Positions 23,526 to 36,371 of a DNA stretch of 64,000 nt are shown piece after piece. Both the position numbers and the translations under genes were made by a program. Origin of the DNA: Rhodosorus marinus CCMP1338 (taxonomy: Eukaryota > Plantae > Rhodophyta). The first letter of the stretch is position 1. Each line of letters opens with the position of its first letter. The notes below the pieces were generated by a model, which saw nothing but the letters and a program-made list of their open reading frames with translations, did not search any database and was not told the origin of the DNA. The stretch is from the NCBI GenBank assembly GCA_029953675.1, contig JAMWBK010000005.1:2418001-2482000 (forward strand), given 5' to 3'.

Positions 23526-23738
23526 GAAAATCCCAATTCCGCGGAGTCCACCCCAATGTGTTGTCCTGCGCCACGCTTCTCATGAAAACGAGCGGCTACT
23601 AACGAGGGATGTGCACAACTTTCATGCCGCATCTCCGGGGAAGCCTGTACGTCAGGGTCTACATGTGAGCTTGACATTTGTCCTAGTTCTTCGATATCTT
23701 CGAGAACGAGGGCTGTGTACTAACTCAGATGGCGAGCA

Positions 23739-25122
23739 ATGGACGACGAGAGCGAGCAGAAGCATTTTCGAAGAGTTTTGAAGTCTTTTCGGGCTTACGA
23801 GACTTATTCGCTGAATCTGATTGAGCAGAAGAAGAAGTATGTCCGTGAGGTCCCGAAGGAGGTGCGTTCATGCAGCCCAAAAGCCGAACTTGTCAGCTGG
23901 GCAGCTCTGAAGACTGACGAAACGATCTCTTCCCTGTGCACATGCTAGGATCAGGAACTGGTTAAAAAGCTGGCAGCTCGATTGAATCGGTCAGAGGAGG
24001 CAATAAAAACGAACGCGCAGTTTATCGGCAAGGTTCTCGCACCCAAGATTTTGTTCTCAAATGCTAACGAAATTGGACCAAATTCCAATGGGGCCGATGT
24101 CGGCGGGAGCAACGGATTGTCCCTGAGTGATGTTGACCGCGTCCGCACGGTCTTGAAACAGATCGCAAGAGAGTGGAGTGAAGCAGGGAATCTAGAAAGA
24201 CACCAGTCGTTCCAACCTCTTATCGATGTCATCCAGCGGCACTTTGGGAAAACGCCGGTGAGCGATCTAAAGAACATCAGAATATTAGTCCCGGGCGCGG
24301 GTCTTGCCAGACTTCCTTGGGAGCTAGCGAGGTTAGGATACACAGTCCAGGTGAGTGCCCATCAAGATCTTGGTGTAAAAACTGATATCTGAGCAATGCA
24401 AGTATATTCAATCCATCGCGTGCAGGGCAACGATTTTTCCTACTACCACTTGCTGGTCGCCAACTACATCCTGAATTTCGCGCATGGAGATGCCCCAGCA
24501 GACATGAACGCTGGCAATGGAAGCACCCCAAAGAGTATTGTCTATCCATATATTCACCAGACCAATAACGTCGTACGGGAAGAGAACCAGTTCCTCGCTG
24601 TGGGAGTCCCAGATGTGAACCCTCGACAACTGCCAACGACGGGAGCAGAGTTCAGCATGATCGGTGGCGAGTTTGTAGATGTATGTCCACGCTGGGAATT
24701 GGTCGAGAGAACTGAGACAAGGTAGCCTTTTTGCGCATGTAGGAACTAATTATCGTGCACCGTGTTCTGTTCCTTCCTCGTAGGTTTACGCGGATCAGAA
24801 CGAAAGCTGGGATTGCGTCTGTACCTGCTTCTTCATTGACACTGCTCGAAATGTTGTGCAGTATATACGAACAATCAAGAATCTCCTGAGGCCTGGTGGA
24901 ATCTGGGCAAACCTAGGACCATTGTTATACCACTACGCGGACATGTTCAATGAGAACTCGATCGAGCTGACGCTAGAGGAGGTGCTCCAAGTCACCGCTG
25001 ATCTGGGGCTTGAGATCATACAGAATGGTTATCGACGGTGCGCGTATTCAAGTGACCAGCAGTCCATGTTTAAGGTCGAGTATGACTGCCTGTTTTTCCT
25101 GGCGAGAAAGCCTGTACAATAA
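23739..25122 (+). CDS. CARNMT1: Carnosine N-methyltransferase / N2227-family SAM methyltransferase (4 exons)
   Basis: LKQIAREWSEAG, ILVPGAGLARLPWEL, QGNDFS, GGEFVD, VCTCFFIDTA and WANLGPLLYHY. Confidence 0.9.
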
Positions 25123-25340
25123 AAAAAAATTCTTGTAAGAACAGATTGAGGATGAGAAACAGCTGCCGCCGGGGACTAGCAAACCACAGACTTGTTTCAA
25201 GCTTATAAGTTTAATAGAGTGACTAATCAATCCTCCTTCAATAACCCTGCGAGGGACTGCAATACGATCGCTGTGCACAGAAGAACATACTCTCATCCGT
25301 CCGTAGGGAAGCCTTGCAATAATCGCACGATCTGGCCCCG

Positions 25341-26759
25341 TTACATTCCAGCGACACCGACAATAGTCCTCAGCGGCATTCGCTCAATTGAATCAAGCGC
25401 CGCTGGAAGTCTGCTTAGTGGTACCTGCGCATATGGAAGATATGCGATCACCACCTCTTAGAAAAGAAATTCGAGGTTTCTCTCAAGGGCAGTATACTGC
25501 TTCGTGCGTGCTCACCGTTCTAGATAAAGTCATGAGTTCTCCCGACGCATGCATTTCTGCAATATCCTCGATCATCTTCACCTTCTCCGCGGCCGAGGCT
25601 TTGCTCATCCAGTTTGTTAGCGAAAACTCGCTCCCAAGGTTCTGAATTTTTGGTTACAAATAGAAACGAAAAATTCACGTCAGATGGTTAGCCTCCAGCC
25701 GTAGTTTCCCACGCCACTATTCTCTGTGGCGAACTCACACTTCCTCCGGCTTGACCCTTAACCGTAACGACATTCTTCTCCCCGCCTACAACCTTTGCCA
25801 TAAACTTGCCGCTCTTAGCCCCCTTTTCGATTTCAGGAAAAGCGAAAACAGCACTTCAGGATCCTCCAGATTGCATTGACGAGAACGAGCACAGCTGTGC
25901 CGTGTCATGATTCACGGCGTGAGGCAGGTCTTACGCTGGTATTCACGGCCAAGCCGATCTTCCCTATGTCTTGGATCAGGGCTTCAAGTGAAGCTGTTGG
26001 GAAGTCCTCATCAACAACAATTTCAGCGCCTAGGTACTTCAATCCCTCAACTACTGGAGCGAAGGCAGGTAATCCAGCGCTCACAATACAAATCGACTTT
26101 AGATCCTTTGCGGACGCCATCTGCACTAGGGATTGTCCGGCTGCGGTTTCAGCCCCGTTGATGATGATCGCGTTCTTCGGTTTGTAATCAGCCAGTATCC
26201 GATGCGCCGTAAACGGACCGCTCCAAAGCGTCGCTGCTTGTTCCATCTTTAAAGATTCTGGTATTGCTGCGACATCCGATGAAGCAAGCACGCCTTCCTC
26301 TCGCCAGGTTCCGAGTCCTGGCTGTTGAATCAAAACCAGTAACACAAGGTCAGGCGACCCACGCAGATAGACTCGCAGCTATTCGACATATGCGCAAACT
26401 ATACCTTAATCGGGATCACTCTGTCTCCCTCTTTCAAGTTCTTAACACCGGCACCTAGCTTCTTTACTAATGCAACCCCAGAGCTTCCAACAACGCCCCC
26501 ATCAGCTACATTATCATACGGAGACTCACCGCAGGCTTGGAAAGAGACCAAGACCTCTGAAGCCGCAAGCTAGTTATTGCGAATCAATCGACAAAAGACG
26601 TCGAATGGCGTTCAGAAAAATCCAACACCAGCCAGCTGAAACAAGTTTTGGACAGCAAACCTTTTCAGGTATCTTCAACTTGGTAGCTTTGAATCCCTCC
26701 TTGGAGCTCGCAATGGCGAGCGAGCTCAAAGACCTTCTCCCAATCAACCGAGCTGCCAT
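25341..26759 (-). CDS. MECR-like (trans-2-enoyl-thioester reductase) MDR-family protein with mitochondrial presequence, degenerate active site
   Basis: Presequence MAARLIGRRSLSSLA, then EVLV, LKEGDRVIP, GTWREEG, EQAATL..PFTAHRIL and IIINGAETAAGQSLVQMA. Multi-exon, stop at 25341. Confidence 0.75.
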
Positions 26760-27339
26760 CTCAACAAGACACTATCAGGTTCCCTCAAAAAAGTCAAGTT
26801 CTTAACAAAATAAGATAAAAAAAGAACGGAAAGAAAAGAAGAAAAACAACTCGCTCAAAACTCCCAACAAACACGCAGCCCACTTCCTCCTTTTAATCCA
26901 ACCCAGCTCCTACCAAGAGCAAAAACAGATCAAAGCCTCAACCACGACTCTATACTTCAACTCGTCTCCATCCTCGCCCTCAAAAATCTCTACAAGTATT
27001 CAAATAAGTGCATCAAAGCAAACAAGCAAAACTTTCTCAAAATCCAGAGTAGTCACACGCTCAAACACAGCTCTCCATCATCTTCGTCAATACTGCCAAA
27101 ACAGTAGCGGCAGAGCCACACTCGATGAGCATTGCCCAGAAAATGATACCGATCATCTAACCTAAACGTATTTAAAGGCACTTTATACACTATATATATC
27201 GCAATATTTCCAATAAATTATATACTTAACAATTAAACTGTATAAATGATAAGGTACTCGAAGAATGGGTTTCCTCGAACAACTGGATACGGGAGAGTGT
27301 TCGTCGTCTTGAGCCATAGTGTAGGCAGTGCACCGTGTT

Positions 27340-28420
27340 GGGTTCTCTATGTTTTTGGTAAAGGATTCTCGAATCGCGTTATCCCGCGAGGGAGAGATTG
27401 AAAACCGTGCGCCTGCGGCTTCCGTTGGTGCCACTGTTAGTTTGTGGCTGTATGTCGTGGTATTCGAAGCCACATAATTTTAACTTTTTGCCCGAACTAG
27501 TGAGGATTTTTTTGCACGGAAGAATTCTCATCCTCCAGTCGGACTCAGCCCTGCGGCCCAGAAAAGCTAGATCAGCTCTTCTGTATCTTGTCCGATGCAC
27601 TCTGAACTTGTCTGGCTCTCCATCCGCTCTGGAGTCAGAAACTGTCGTCCGTTGTAGAACAGGATTTTACGTCCAATGAGGCAACGAAGCAAAAGCCATT
27701 CCGTCCGTACTCACGCAACAATGTCCAATTCGAGTCTCGAAGCGAAGCTCAACGCTAAGCTCAACGTGAGAGCGACTCGTTCCGATACGTGGACCGTACG
27801 CAGAGCAATCGTGCACAAATGGACACGCCAAGGAAACACGTATGGTTTTGTAATCTTGAGTGGGTATCCAGCAAGGCAGCGGTGTCTGTCTCGCTTTTTC
27901 GTCGCGAATGAAGAAGCATGTGCTCACTCGCGGGAAACACAAGCAAGCTCAGAGTTTTCCGGCATGTTTTGATCACTTCTGAACAGCCAGAGCCAATACA
28001 CACAGTCCGTTCTCGACATTGCTGTTGTTTTTTCAGTCTCGTCAAAGGCCTTCGAAAGATACGCGGTCAAAAATTTGGGACACGAAGTTTCTAATCGCGA
28101 CCAAGAAAAGGGCTCTATCGCCGGACAAGTCACGATTTCCGCAAACCATGTCGGATCACAATGAAACCGAGGTTGCAACCAAACACTTCGACTTGACCAC
28201 CGGAGAATCCGTTTTCGAGACATTTTTTTTTTGATTGCGACAAATGTTCACCTGGGAATGGCTTTCTGGTTCATGTTTTTACAGGTCAAGGAAAACGTTC
28301 GAATCGTAATCCAGTGGCGCTCGTTGTCCATAGCTTCGCATGCTATGAGAATACAAAGCAAACGCTCATGCTCAGTTTATCCGGGAACTACCAGAGTGGG
28401 TGGTTCACCAAGGAATGGTT
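27340..28420 (-). mobile_element. Degenerate LINE reverse-transcriptase relic (Jockey/CR1/I-like)
   Basis: Collinear remnants: IRTFSLTC (cf. YRPISLT), AYLSKAFD (cf. DLSKAFD), WIPTQ (cf. GIPQG), STDGMAF (cf. YADDxAF), DWRMRILPCK (cf. WxxxFNxxK) and DSRILYQKH (cf. DSKLxWxxH). Confidence 0.55.
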
Positions 28421-30869
28421 CAAGACCTTTGCTTGAGGACAGGATGTGCACCGAATTCCACAATCTGGATTAAATTCTATGAAGAATTCGACTTGTCTAG
28501 TATATATATACATCCACTTCGACAGATGAGGATCCCCTGAAAAGCAACTGCTCATCGAAACCGATCATGTTGACTTCAACATGGCAGTGGCGGCTAAGAG
28601 AAACTGCTGCAAGGCGAGAAACCCTCATGCTTACATGTTCTCTCGCGAATTAGCGCAACGATAGTCGACACGGCTGCTGGATCAAGAGCTTCTTTGGGAA
28701 ACTAAACGAACCCACATAAAAGACACTGCGCAATCCACCCGACTCCCTCGTTTCCCACTGCTTCAAAAAAATCTGGAAAAACATCTATGATTGTCTATTG
28801 AATTCGGGTGCCCAACGGGACTCACTCTTGACCTCAGAGAGAGAATGTCGTCACACCAAAAGGATTTCTACAAAGAAAAACAAAAACTCTTACAGTCCAA
28901 AAACGAGAAAAATCGGTACATCCGGTGTCTACGAGAAAATTAGTAAAAAGCAGATCATGTCATATATTTATGTACTTAAATGCAATATGGTAGGAGGCCA
29001 CCGACCTCGAGAAAATGTGGGAATGCTGTTTAAGAACAAAACAAAACAAAAATTCATTGGTGTTGACACCCATACCTGTCTAAATTCTCCTGAATTTCAA
29101 ACCCCCCGAGTTACTTCGCGAAAAAGTACTATCCATACGAAGAATTTTTTTGGGAACCCCACATACTGACAAAGAAAGCACCGCTGAAGAAAGAAATATT
29201 TGTGCTTTTCTATATTCGCCCGGCTCGCTGACCCGGTTCGGTGACTCCAACATTAAGATTTGTAAGGCCAGGTGGGTGCTCCTTCAGAGGCTCAACGGGG
29301 AAAAGCAATATTAGTAACTTATATTGTTAGTATATATTTCTAGTGCGAATACAACGTAAATGGACAAAACTCTTTGAATATATCAAGTACTACATCGAAT
29401 AAATCCTCGATACATACAAATGCAGTTTGGAATTAAATATGATTACATTTGAAAAAGGCATCGGTTCTTCCATAAACTTCTGTACTAATCACCGTGTGGT
29501 CTCAGAATACCTGTTTGTATTCTGGACATTTATTGGGCCAGTAAGCCCCCCCTTTCGGAGAACTAACCAGCTCATGAATAAAACTCAGCACGAAGTGTAT
29601 GTAGTGTAAATTTATGTAAGAAAAAAATCAGTGTTCATTCGCAACCCCACGCCGCAAAATGTATTTGGAGCAGCAAGAGGAGGGGGGGCAAGATTTTCAA
29701 CGTTCTCTTGCCAAAGACCCCGAAACGCCAGTCATCAAATTGAGACCTAGACAACAGTTTAGTTTGTAAGGAACGAAAAGGTGAAACTGGAGCTTGTAAC
29801 TCCGCCGGACCAGATACTTGAAAAATCTAACAGCAAGTGAGCTCCAGAATGTCTAGACACCAAACCCCCCCCAGCGACCCTCCAAAAATTTCAAAATGTT
29901 GGTAATCTTGTAAAAATATATATAAGCAGCAGCGACAGTTGGGGGTCGAAGAGAAACTTCAAACCGGATCTCCTTCCCCCCCCTCCCAAGTCGATGTCTT
30001 CGGTATTAGGTACAGAACGTCAATTTCTGACGAAGATTGAGTACCGCGCAACCCGTCCGAATATGTCGTTTTCCTCGATGAAGGTTGGAATTCAAGGCCA
30101 AGGTCGTGAGAGCTTAGCTCTCCCGACCTTGGGGAAGGGGGGGGGTGTGTGGGGATGTTAGGGGCACATTGTGAGGTTGCCTAGCGAGTTCTTCACACAC
30201 GACGTAGTTCGCCTCCAGGAGCGTGTTACTAAAAATTCTACTACTAAAGAAAGGAAACCAAATCTTAGAAACCAGAAGAAAAATGTATAAAAAACGTTTC
30301 TTCACGATTCGTGTTTTTGGAAAAGATTTAACACAATATCGCAGAATGTCATCATTTATTATTTTTGCTCGACTTATTTTGAAAAGCTTTTCTGGCCTGG
30401 CCAATGTTCCCGTTCCGAGGTTTTTCTTCAAAAATTCCTGATAGCAATCTCTGTTTTAAAAGAAGAAAACAAGTGAAATATGAAGTGCCGTACTGGGGAA
30501 AAGGCGGTTTGTGGGGTCTCAAGTTGTGGGGGGGGGAGGGAGAGGATGAGCAAGAGAGAGTCCTCTGTTTGGAGAGAGAGGCACTTGTTAGGGTTAAGTA
30601 TGATGATATAGACATCTATGGAGAGGATTGAGTCATATGATGGGTTTTTGGGGATTGAACGTGGTAGTTTGTGAGGGGGATATTGGAAGGGTTTGTAAGA
30701 GGTTTTGGTGAGGAATATAATCAAGGTTCTCTTCTTAAGGATTAGGATTTAGTCTCGTGGAGATGGTAGTAATGGACTGAGGTGGGTGTGATTGTGTTGA
30801 GGGGGAGGGTGTCGGGGGTTAGTGCTGAGGGGGGATTGGGGAAAGTGTTTTGTGAGAAGGATGTTAAGG

Positions 30870-33753
30870 ATGGGTTTGTTCGGGCTCGAAAGAGCGGTGT
30901 ATATTTTATGTTTCGGGTGGAGCTTGCTGTTGCTGTCGTCCTCGGCAGAGTTGGAAGAGTTTGGGCTTGAGCAAAGGTTTCCGTTGCAGGCGAACTCGAT
31001 CCACGTGTGCGATTTTGATGGCAGCATTGTTGTTGCCGGGAGCATATTTATTTCTGAAGATCAAACTGATATTTTTGTGTGGAAGGTGAGCTTGGGTGCA
31101 GCTACTCGCGTTGCTGGATTTGAGGTGACCTCTGAACCCACTCTTTATCGCTTCACGGGTTTTGTTCACATCTACAGCTTAGTGGTGATTTTGTAGAGGA
31201 GTGGTTCAGCGCGGAAGGAGACCCACTGAAGAATGATGGCTTGAACTCCGCTATTTGTGATAAATCCGGTGAGTGGTAAATTCCAGAAGAGGATTCTCGC
31301 CCTGCTCGTTTCTAATGGCGGTTGGGGTGGTTGGTAAACTGCGCAGGTTTTGTCATAGCAGTGGGCTACACGGACGGCAAGTTCCCGGACAGTGATATGA
31401 CCCCTCCCCATGACACCAAGAGGCGTGACTCCCTCATTGTTCGCTACTCGCAGCTTGGGAATATTGTACAAGCCATTCAAGAAGGAGATGGAACCAATGA
31501 CTATGAGGTACGTGCAAGAACTCAGGTCCGAAGAATAGTCCGAAGTGGCGTCTTGCCGGACCCATGTTCGCCCGGCCGTGTTGATTACCTTCGGAGTAAC
31601 AGGTGCTACTCTTTGGATACCCTTCCCGTAGCCGGGAAAGGTCCGCGCACGCTTGAGTTTGCCCGAGACCAACTGTGATCGTCTCTTTTTTGGGCGCACT
31701 AACGTAGACCTGTCTCAACCTCGTCCTCGCGCAGATGAAATCCGTGTCTCTTAGTCCGAATGGAAATGTGGTCATGTCAGGTAATTCCGTTGAGCCCACT
31801 CAGGTTGGTCCAGGAGATGGAACCTTCATTGTCGCGTCCGAGCCTACCTTGGCATCTCTGCCGTGGGGATTGAAGGTGGGTGGGACACCCACCGAAATGG
31901 CCGTGTCCGCCAAAGGCATTGGGAACACGTATGATCTCCTCGGCAATGATGTCAAAAGGGCGGGGAGGAGACAGAGAAGGAAATTTGCTAGAATTGTGCG
32001 TGCAGTGGACGACACTGGGGTAGAAGATGTAAGGCCATATTCCAAATCACCACCGCCTTGAACGAATGTGTTTTTTAGTTTCAGTGGGCCGCGAATCAAA
32101 ACGTCCCAAAATAAATGTCCGGGACAAGGCTAGTGAGAATGCTAAATGTTTGTGATTTAAAACGCGGTTAGGGTGGGGGTGGTGGAAAGAACAGTGTTTT
32201 GTGGTTTAGGACGATAGAGACCCCTAGAAACGTGACTGGAGTCGCAATGGAGAAGGACTTGAATGGGTTCCCCATTGTTTTACAAAATAGAGAGGAAGAG
32301 ATCAACGAAGCATGGATCACGAAGTTCGACTCTAGCTCTAATATACTGCGCGAAACACAGTTGCCCTTAAGTCGAGGTGCTGATGAAGAATGGTATGCAG
32401 TGAACATGCACATTCCCCAGGACGGAAACACTTATTTCCACCTGCGGAAACGGTTGAGCCCAGACTGCTTCGAAGAGGTGAGTCGGTCTCCGCTCGCAAG
32501 AAGCTCCTGGCTTCCGACCAAACTGCTGACATGACCACTACATATTCAGTACTTATTCAACTATACGAGCTCAGTCGTGGACGCCGGGACGTCTCCGGGG
32601 GAATCCAGATTTTTCCTTCGAGAGTCTTGTGTCGACGCAATCGAATCGCCGGAGAGTTTCGGGTTGAATTATTTCTTCTACGACCTCACGGTCGAGCGAT
32701 CAGCGGCATATTTCTTGGGCCGATCATCGCAAGGAGTAGCGAGTGAATACTCTGTATATAGAACAACTGATTTTTTGAGTAAGTTGGCGGTTTGCAAGAA
32801 TCTGACGTGTTCGGTTCTACACGAGGAATGTGCTCAACGTTGCAGTTCTTTTTTTTCCCGGTTGACAGGATCTTTTACGACTGACGTAGAGTCCCGAACC
32901 ACGGAGCTCACTGTTCAGGTCGCTATAAACGCTGGTGATGGTGATATCCTTGGGAAGACACAGAGTCTGCGTGACATTATTGCCAGTGACTTTCCGATCC
33001 TATTATGTGAGTTCCTGGGTTGAAAGTGCCAAACAGGGCCTGCAAGTACGTTGATAGCTGTGGATTCGGTCCGACTCATTAAGCTCTTTTTTAAACCTCT
33101 GTATAGCTCGAATCGACGACCCGAGTATTATGCAACTGGACGTTGGGATCGCCTTCGCCCGTGTGGGTTACACGCTGCGAGTCGGCTGTGGTGATGTTGA
33201 GGACGCTAAGGAAACCCTGAAACTCATTCTCGACTCGGAAACTACTGGGGAACGCCTGGAATCCACCGTCTGGAGGCTCGGTGATGTCAGTGACGACAAA
33301 ACATGTCTCGAAGCACCTCCGACGGTATGCATTGACTGAGAGACTCTAGTTGAGTGTTGCGCGAAGCTTTTGTAGCTGGACAGCGCCTCTAACATTTTGT
33401 GCCTTTGTGCTCCTGTGATTCTACTCCAGTCTGGCCCAGCTCCGACGGACGGTGCTGGTGAGCCGGATGTGGGTGGCAATCCTCCGTCGGAGGACACGAC
33501 GGATGACGATGGGGCCAATGTTATTGCGATTGTGGCCGGTACAATTGGCGGCGTGTTGGGTGTTCTGCTAATCATTTTGCTCTACTTTTGGTGTTGCCGA
33601 CCTCATCGTTCCTCGGTACATGACGTTTACCGTACCGCCGACAACGAGATTGTTGGAGCAGACCAAGCTGTCTCCGCACATGAAGTTACGGCTGCCGGAA
33701 AGGCTGCGCTGACAAACTCGGTTTCGTTTGGTGGCCAGGGAGACATCATATAG
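30870..33753 (+). CDS. Multi-exon type I membrane / cell-surface protein with beta-propeller-like ectodomain
   Basis: Signal peptide ...YILCFGWSLLLLSSSA. Repeats TDIFVWK, FVIAVGYTDG, GNVVMSGN and AWITKFDSS. A Pro/Asp-rich stalk and TM helix IAIVAGTIGGVLGVLLIILLYFWCC lie near the C-terminus. Exon limits are approximate. Confidence 0.7.
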
Positions 33754-34522
33754 ACGCTTGTATTGTTTGTAGAAGCGTGCAGCTCATGTGTCAGTTTGAA
33801 AAATACTGGGCGAGCCTGTTCGCAGCGATGACCATCCCGCAAAACTACAGCCGTCCCAATGCGTGTCCGTTTGTTCGGATACGAACAACTCCATTCCTCA
33901 TGTCAGAGGAGCCGTGTAGATCGTCATCTGCAGTTATTGGATTCTGTAAGCACCCGAGCCCTAGCTACTGTTTCTACTGGCTTGCCCTGCGAGAAAACTG
34001 TACTATATATAGAATAGAGAAAGATAAAAAGCATATGTGTGAACAAGAAAAACGCAGCTGAAGTGCTCGTAGCACGTGAGTATCTGTGTTGTGCTCCCAT
34101 CATAGTTGAAGGGAAACACTTCCACAACGTGCGAAAAACTTTGCTCCTTGAACAACAAAAGCCCTTCGAGCCCACAGGCCTCTTGCAGTCATAAGAGCGA
34201 GTGATTGATAAGTTGCTTTATGCCGGAACGACAGGTTTTCTGTTTTCTCCACTAGTATCTGTATGAGGCGTGTCATGCGAGAAACATCGGGTCTAGGCGA
34301 CCCCAGATGTCTCCAGTCCAGTCCCGGTCTTCATGACCAACCCGTAAACATGTTAGAAGATAGAATATTGCGCTGCCTTCGTCACCTTCAAACGGGTTTT
34401 GAGTGGCACGCCTAGAGGCCTACAGGCCGATGGGCAGCGCTTTTCGGAGGGCTAGTTTTCGGGTTGAAAAGAAACAAGCACAATGGTCAGCACACGCGAG
34501 CGTTGGACGATTTTGCTGACTT

Positions 34523-35417
34523 TCAAAAGTCATACTTTGCCTCAATGAACCGGGTCAATCCTCGTGCAGTATTGAACGCGACAACTTCAATTCCTTCCTC
34601 AGGCTCAATACCGATCTTAACGTCCGCCTGCTCGTACAGGGATTCCCTCTCTCTCAGGATTGATTCAATCATTGCCTTCGGGTCATCCACCTTAAGAAGC
34701 GGTCTCGAAGCATCTCCTTTCACACGTTCATAAATGGTTTCCACTGAAGGATCTAACCAGACTACTAATCCATTCTAATCAGGAAAGCAAAGACGATCGT
34801 GAATCAAGCAGCACTAAACCCGCGGAATCCATTTGTCCATGTCGGATATCGTAAGGGACTCAACCCACCTGCATATGGCCCCAATTCTCCTGGTTAAGGA
34901 CTGCTCCGCCACCAGCAGATACTACCGTTCTTACGTATGGAGATACCTGCTGAATCACAACGGATTCAACTTGCCGAAAACCAGCTTCACCGTGTTCTTC
35001 GAAGATATCTGTAATCGGCATTTTCATACTCTCCTGAATTACCTCGTCTGTGTCTATATAAGCATACCTGAGAGATGGATGAAGTTTGCTAAGATCAGCC
35101 GGATTAAACTTTGGAGAAAAAGATTGTAACCAGTTTTTGTACCCTATTTGCTGTGCCAGAACCTTTCCAACAGCTGATTTTCCAGATCCCATCATGCCGA
35201 TCATGAAGATGCTGACTCCCTTGAGCATCTCCTTCAGCTGAACATACTCCTGCGGCTGCTTATTCACGTCAACCGCATCTTTAGACCCTTCCGAAGGAAA
35301 TTTGGTCACATCAACGTTCGCCCTCGCAACCAAGCGTCTCCTCCCACACCTACTTGCTGCAGCTCTCCTACTATGGAGAACACTTGTCCCACTTCCAGGA
35401 GCTAAGAATCCAAACAT
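34523..35417 (-). CDS. aroK: Shikimate kinase, plastid-targeted
   Basis: P-loop IGMMGSGKS, YIDTD, FEEHGEAGFRQVE, SAGGGAV and RPLL...ERESLYEQAD. Transit peptide MFGFLAP. Confidence 0.92.
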
Positions 35418-35561
35418 ACTGATACTACAAATCCAAACACGGACAAGACTCTTCTATTCAGTCAGACTTCCTTTCTTCTTTTAGAGTCCGTCCCGCTTAC
35501 CAATACGCCCCTAATAGTCCAGGAAAACTCTCAACAATCTCGTCGTCATTCAAAACAGAAA

Positions 35562-35965
35562 ACCATCCAAGCAGCAATCTCTCGCCGTTGATCAGTCTTC
35601 AACTAATGGGATTGATCGTTCAATAGTTTAATAGGGTTTTGCGTCTTTCCGTGCTGCGGAGGTTTATGGGTTGTATGCTCTGAGAACCTTCTTGTCGTTA
35701 GTCTCTACGTTAAAACGACAGTCTAGTCGTTGCCATCCCGACTCAATACCATCCACACAAATCTCGGCATTGATCCGTTCTACAACGAACGGGATTGGAA
35801 GATTGGGTTTTTGCTTTTTTTGGTGCTGGAGAGGTTTATGAGCTTGTCTGATCTAAGACGCTTCTTGTCACTGTCATCCTTGAAACAACCATCCGCGTAA
35901 GTCTCATCGATGGAACCATCCACAGAAACTGCCCCCCCTGATCCACCTACAACGGAGGGATTTGA
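35562..35965. repeat. Degenerate tandem repeat, ~170-185 bp unit, ~2.3 copies
   Basis: Anchors recur: accatcca at 35562/35748/35915, gtgctg..gaggtttatg at 35651/35823, cttcttgtc at ~35688/35861, and tgatc...caac...gggatt three times. Confidence 0.7.
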
Positions 35966-36371
35966 CCAGCCGATAGACTGATAAATTCATGATGATGACG
36001 GGAATACCAACGGTTGCGAAGGGCGAGGGTCTGTGCCTTTCTTCTAACATCTCGTTGGTTGGAACTATCCACGTCACCGCTGATAAGCTCGAATGAACGC
36101 ACTGATCACCCCTGACTAGGATTTGTCGATGCCCTGCATTTGGGGACAGTGATACTCAGCTTCAAGAACTGCGGAAGAGCTGCAGCTGGTCTTACTCTAC
36201 ATGTTGATTGCTTTGTTCTTCCTCCTTGAACAAGGAACCAAAAAATAAAATGAGTTATTCGTTTTTCGGTTTACTACTTGCTACAAAGTAACTGGCTACT
36301 AGTTAGATTTAAGATATATTACAATAGGCAAACGATATTGAACAATCCAGTCTACAGATTTCGATCGTGTT

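Noticed and set aside
27676-27972. Chromodomain-like plus-strand ORF
   Set aside because: The aromatic-cage residues are not convincing, and it lies antisense to the LINE RT relic.
28536-28664. Ty1/copia RNase H-like fragment (LLIETDH...ARNPHAYMFSRE)
   Set aside because: Weak, gapped similarity with no supporting copia motifs nearby. The adjacent region is better explained by a minus-strand LINE.
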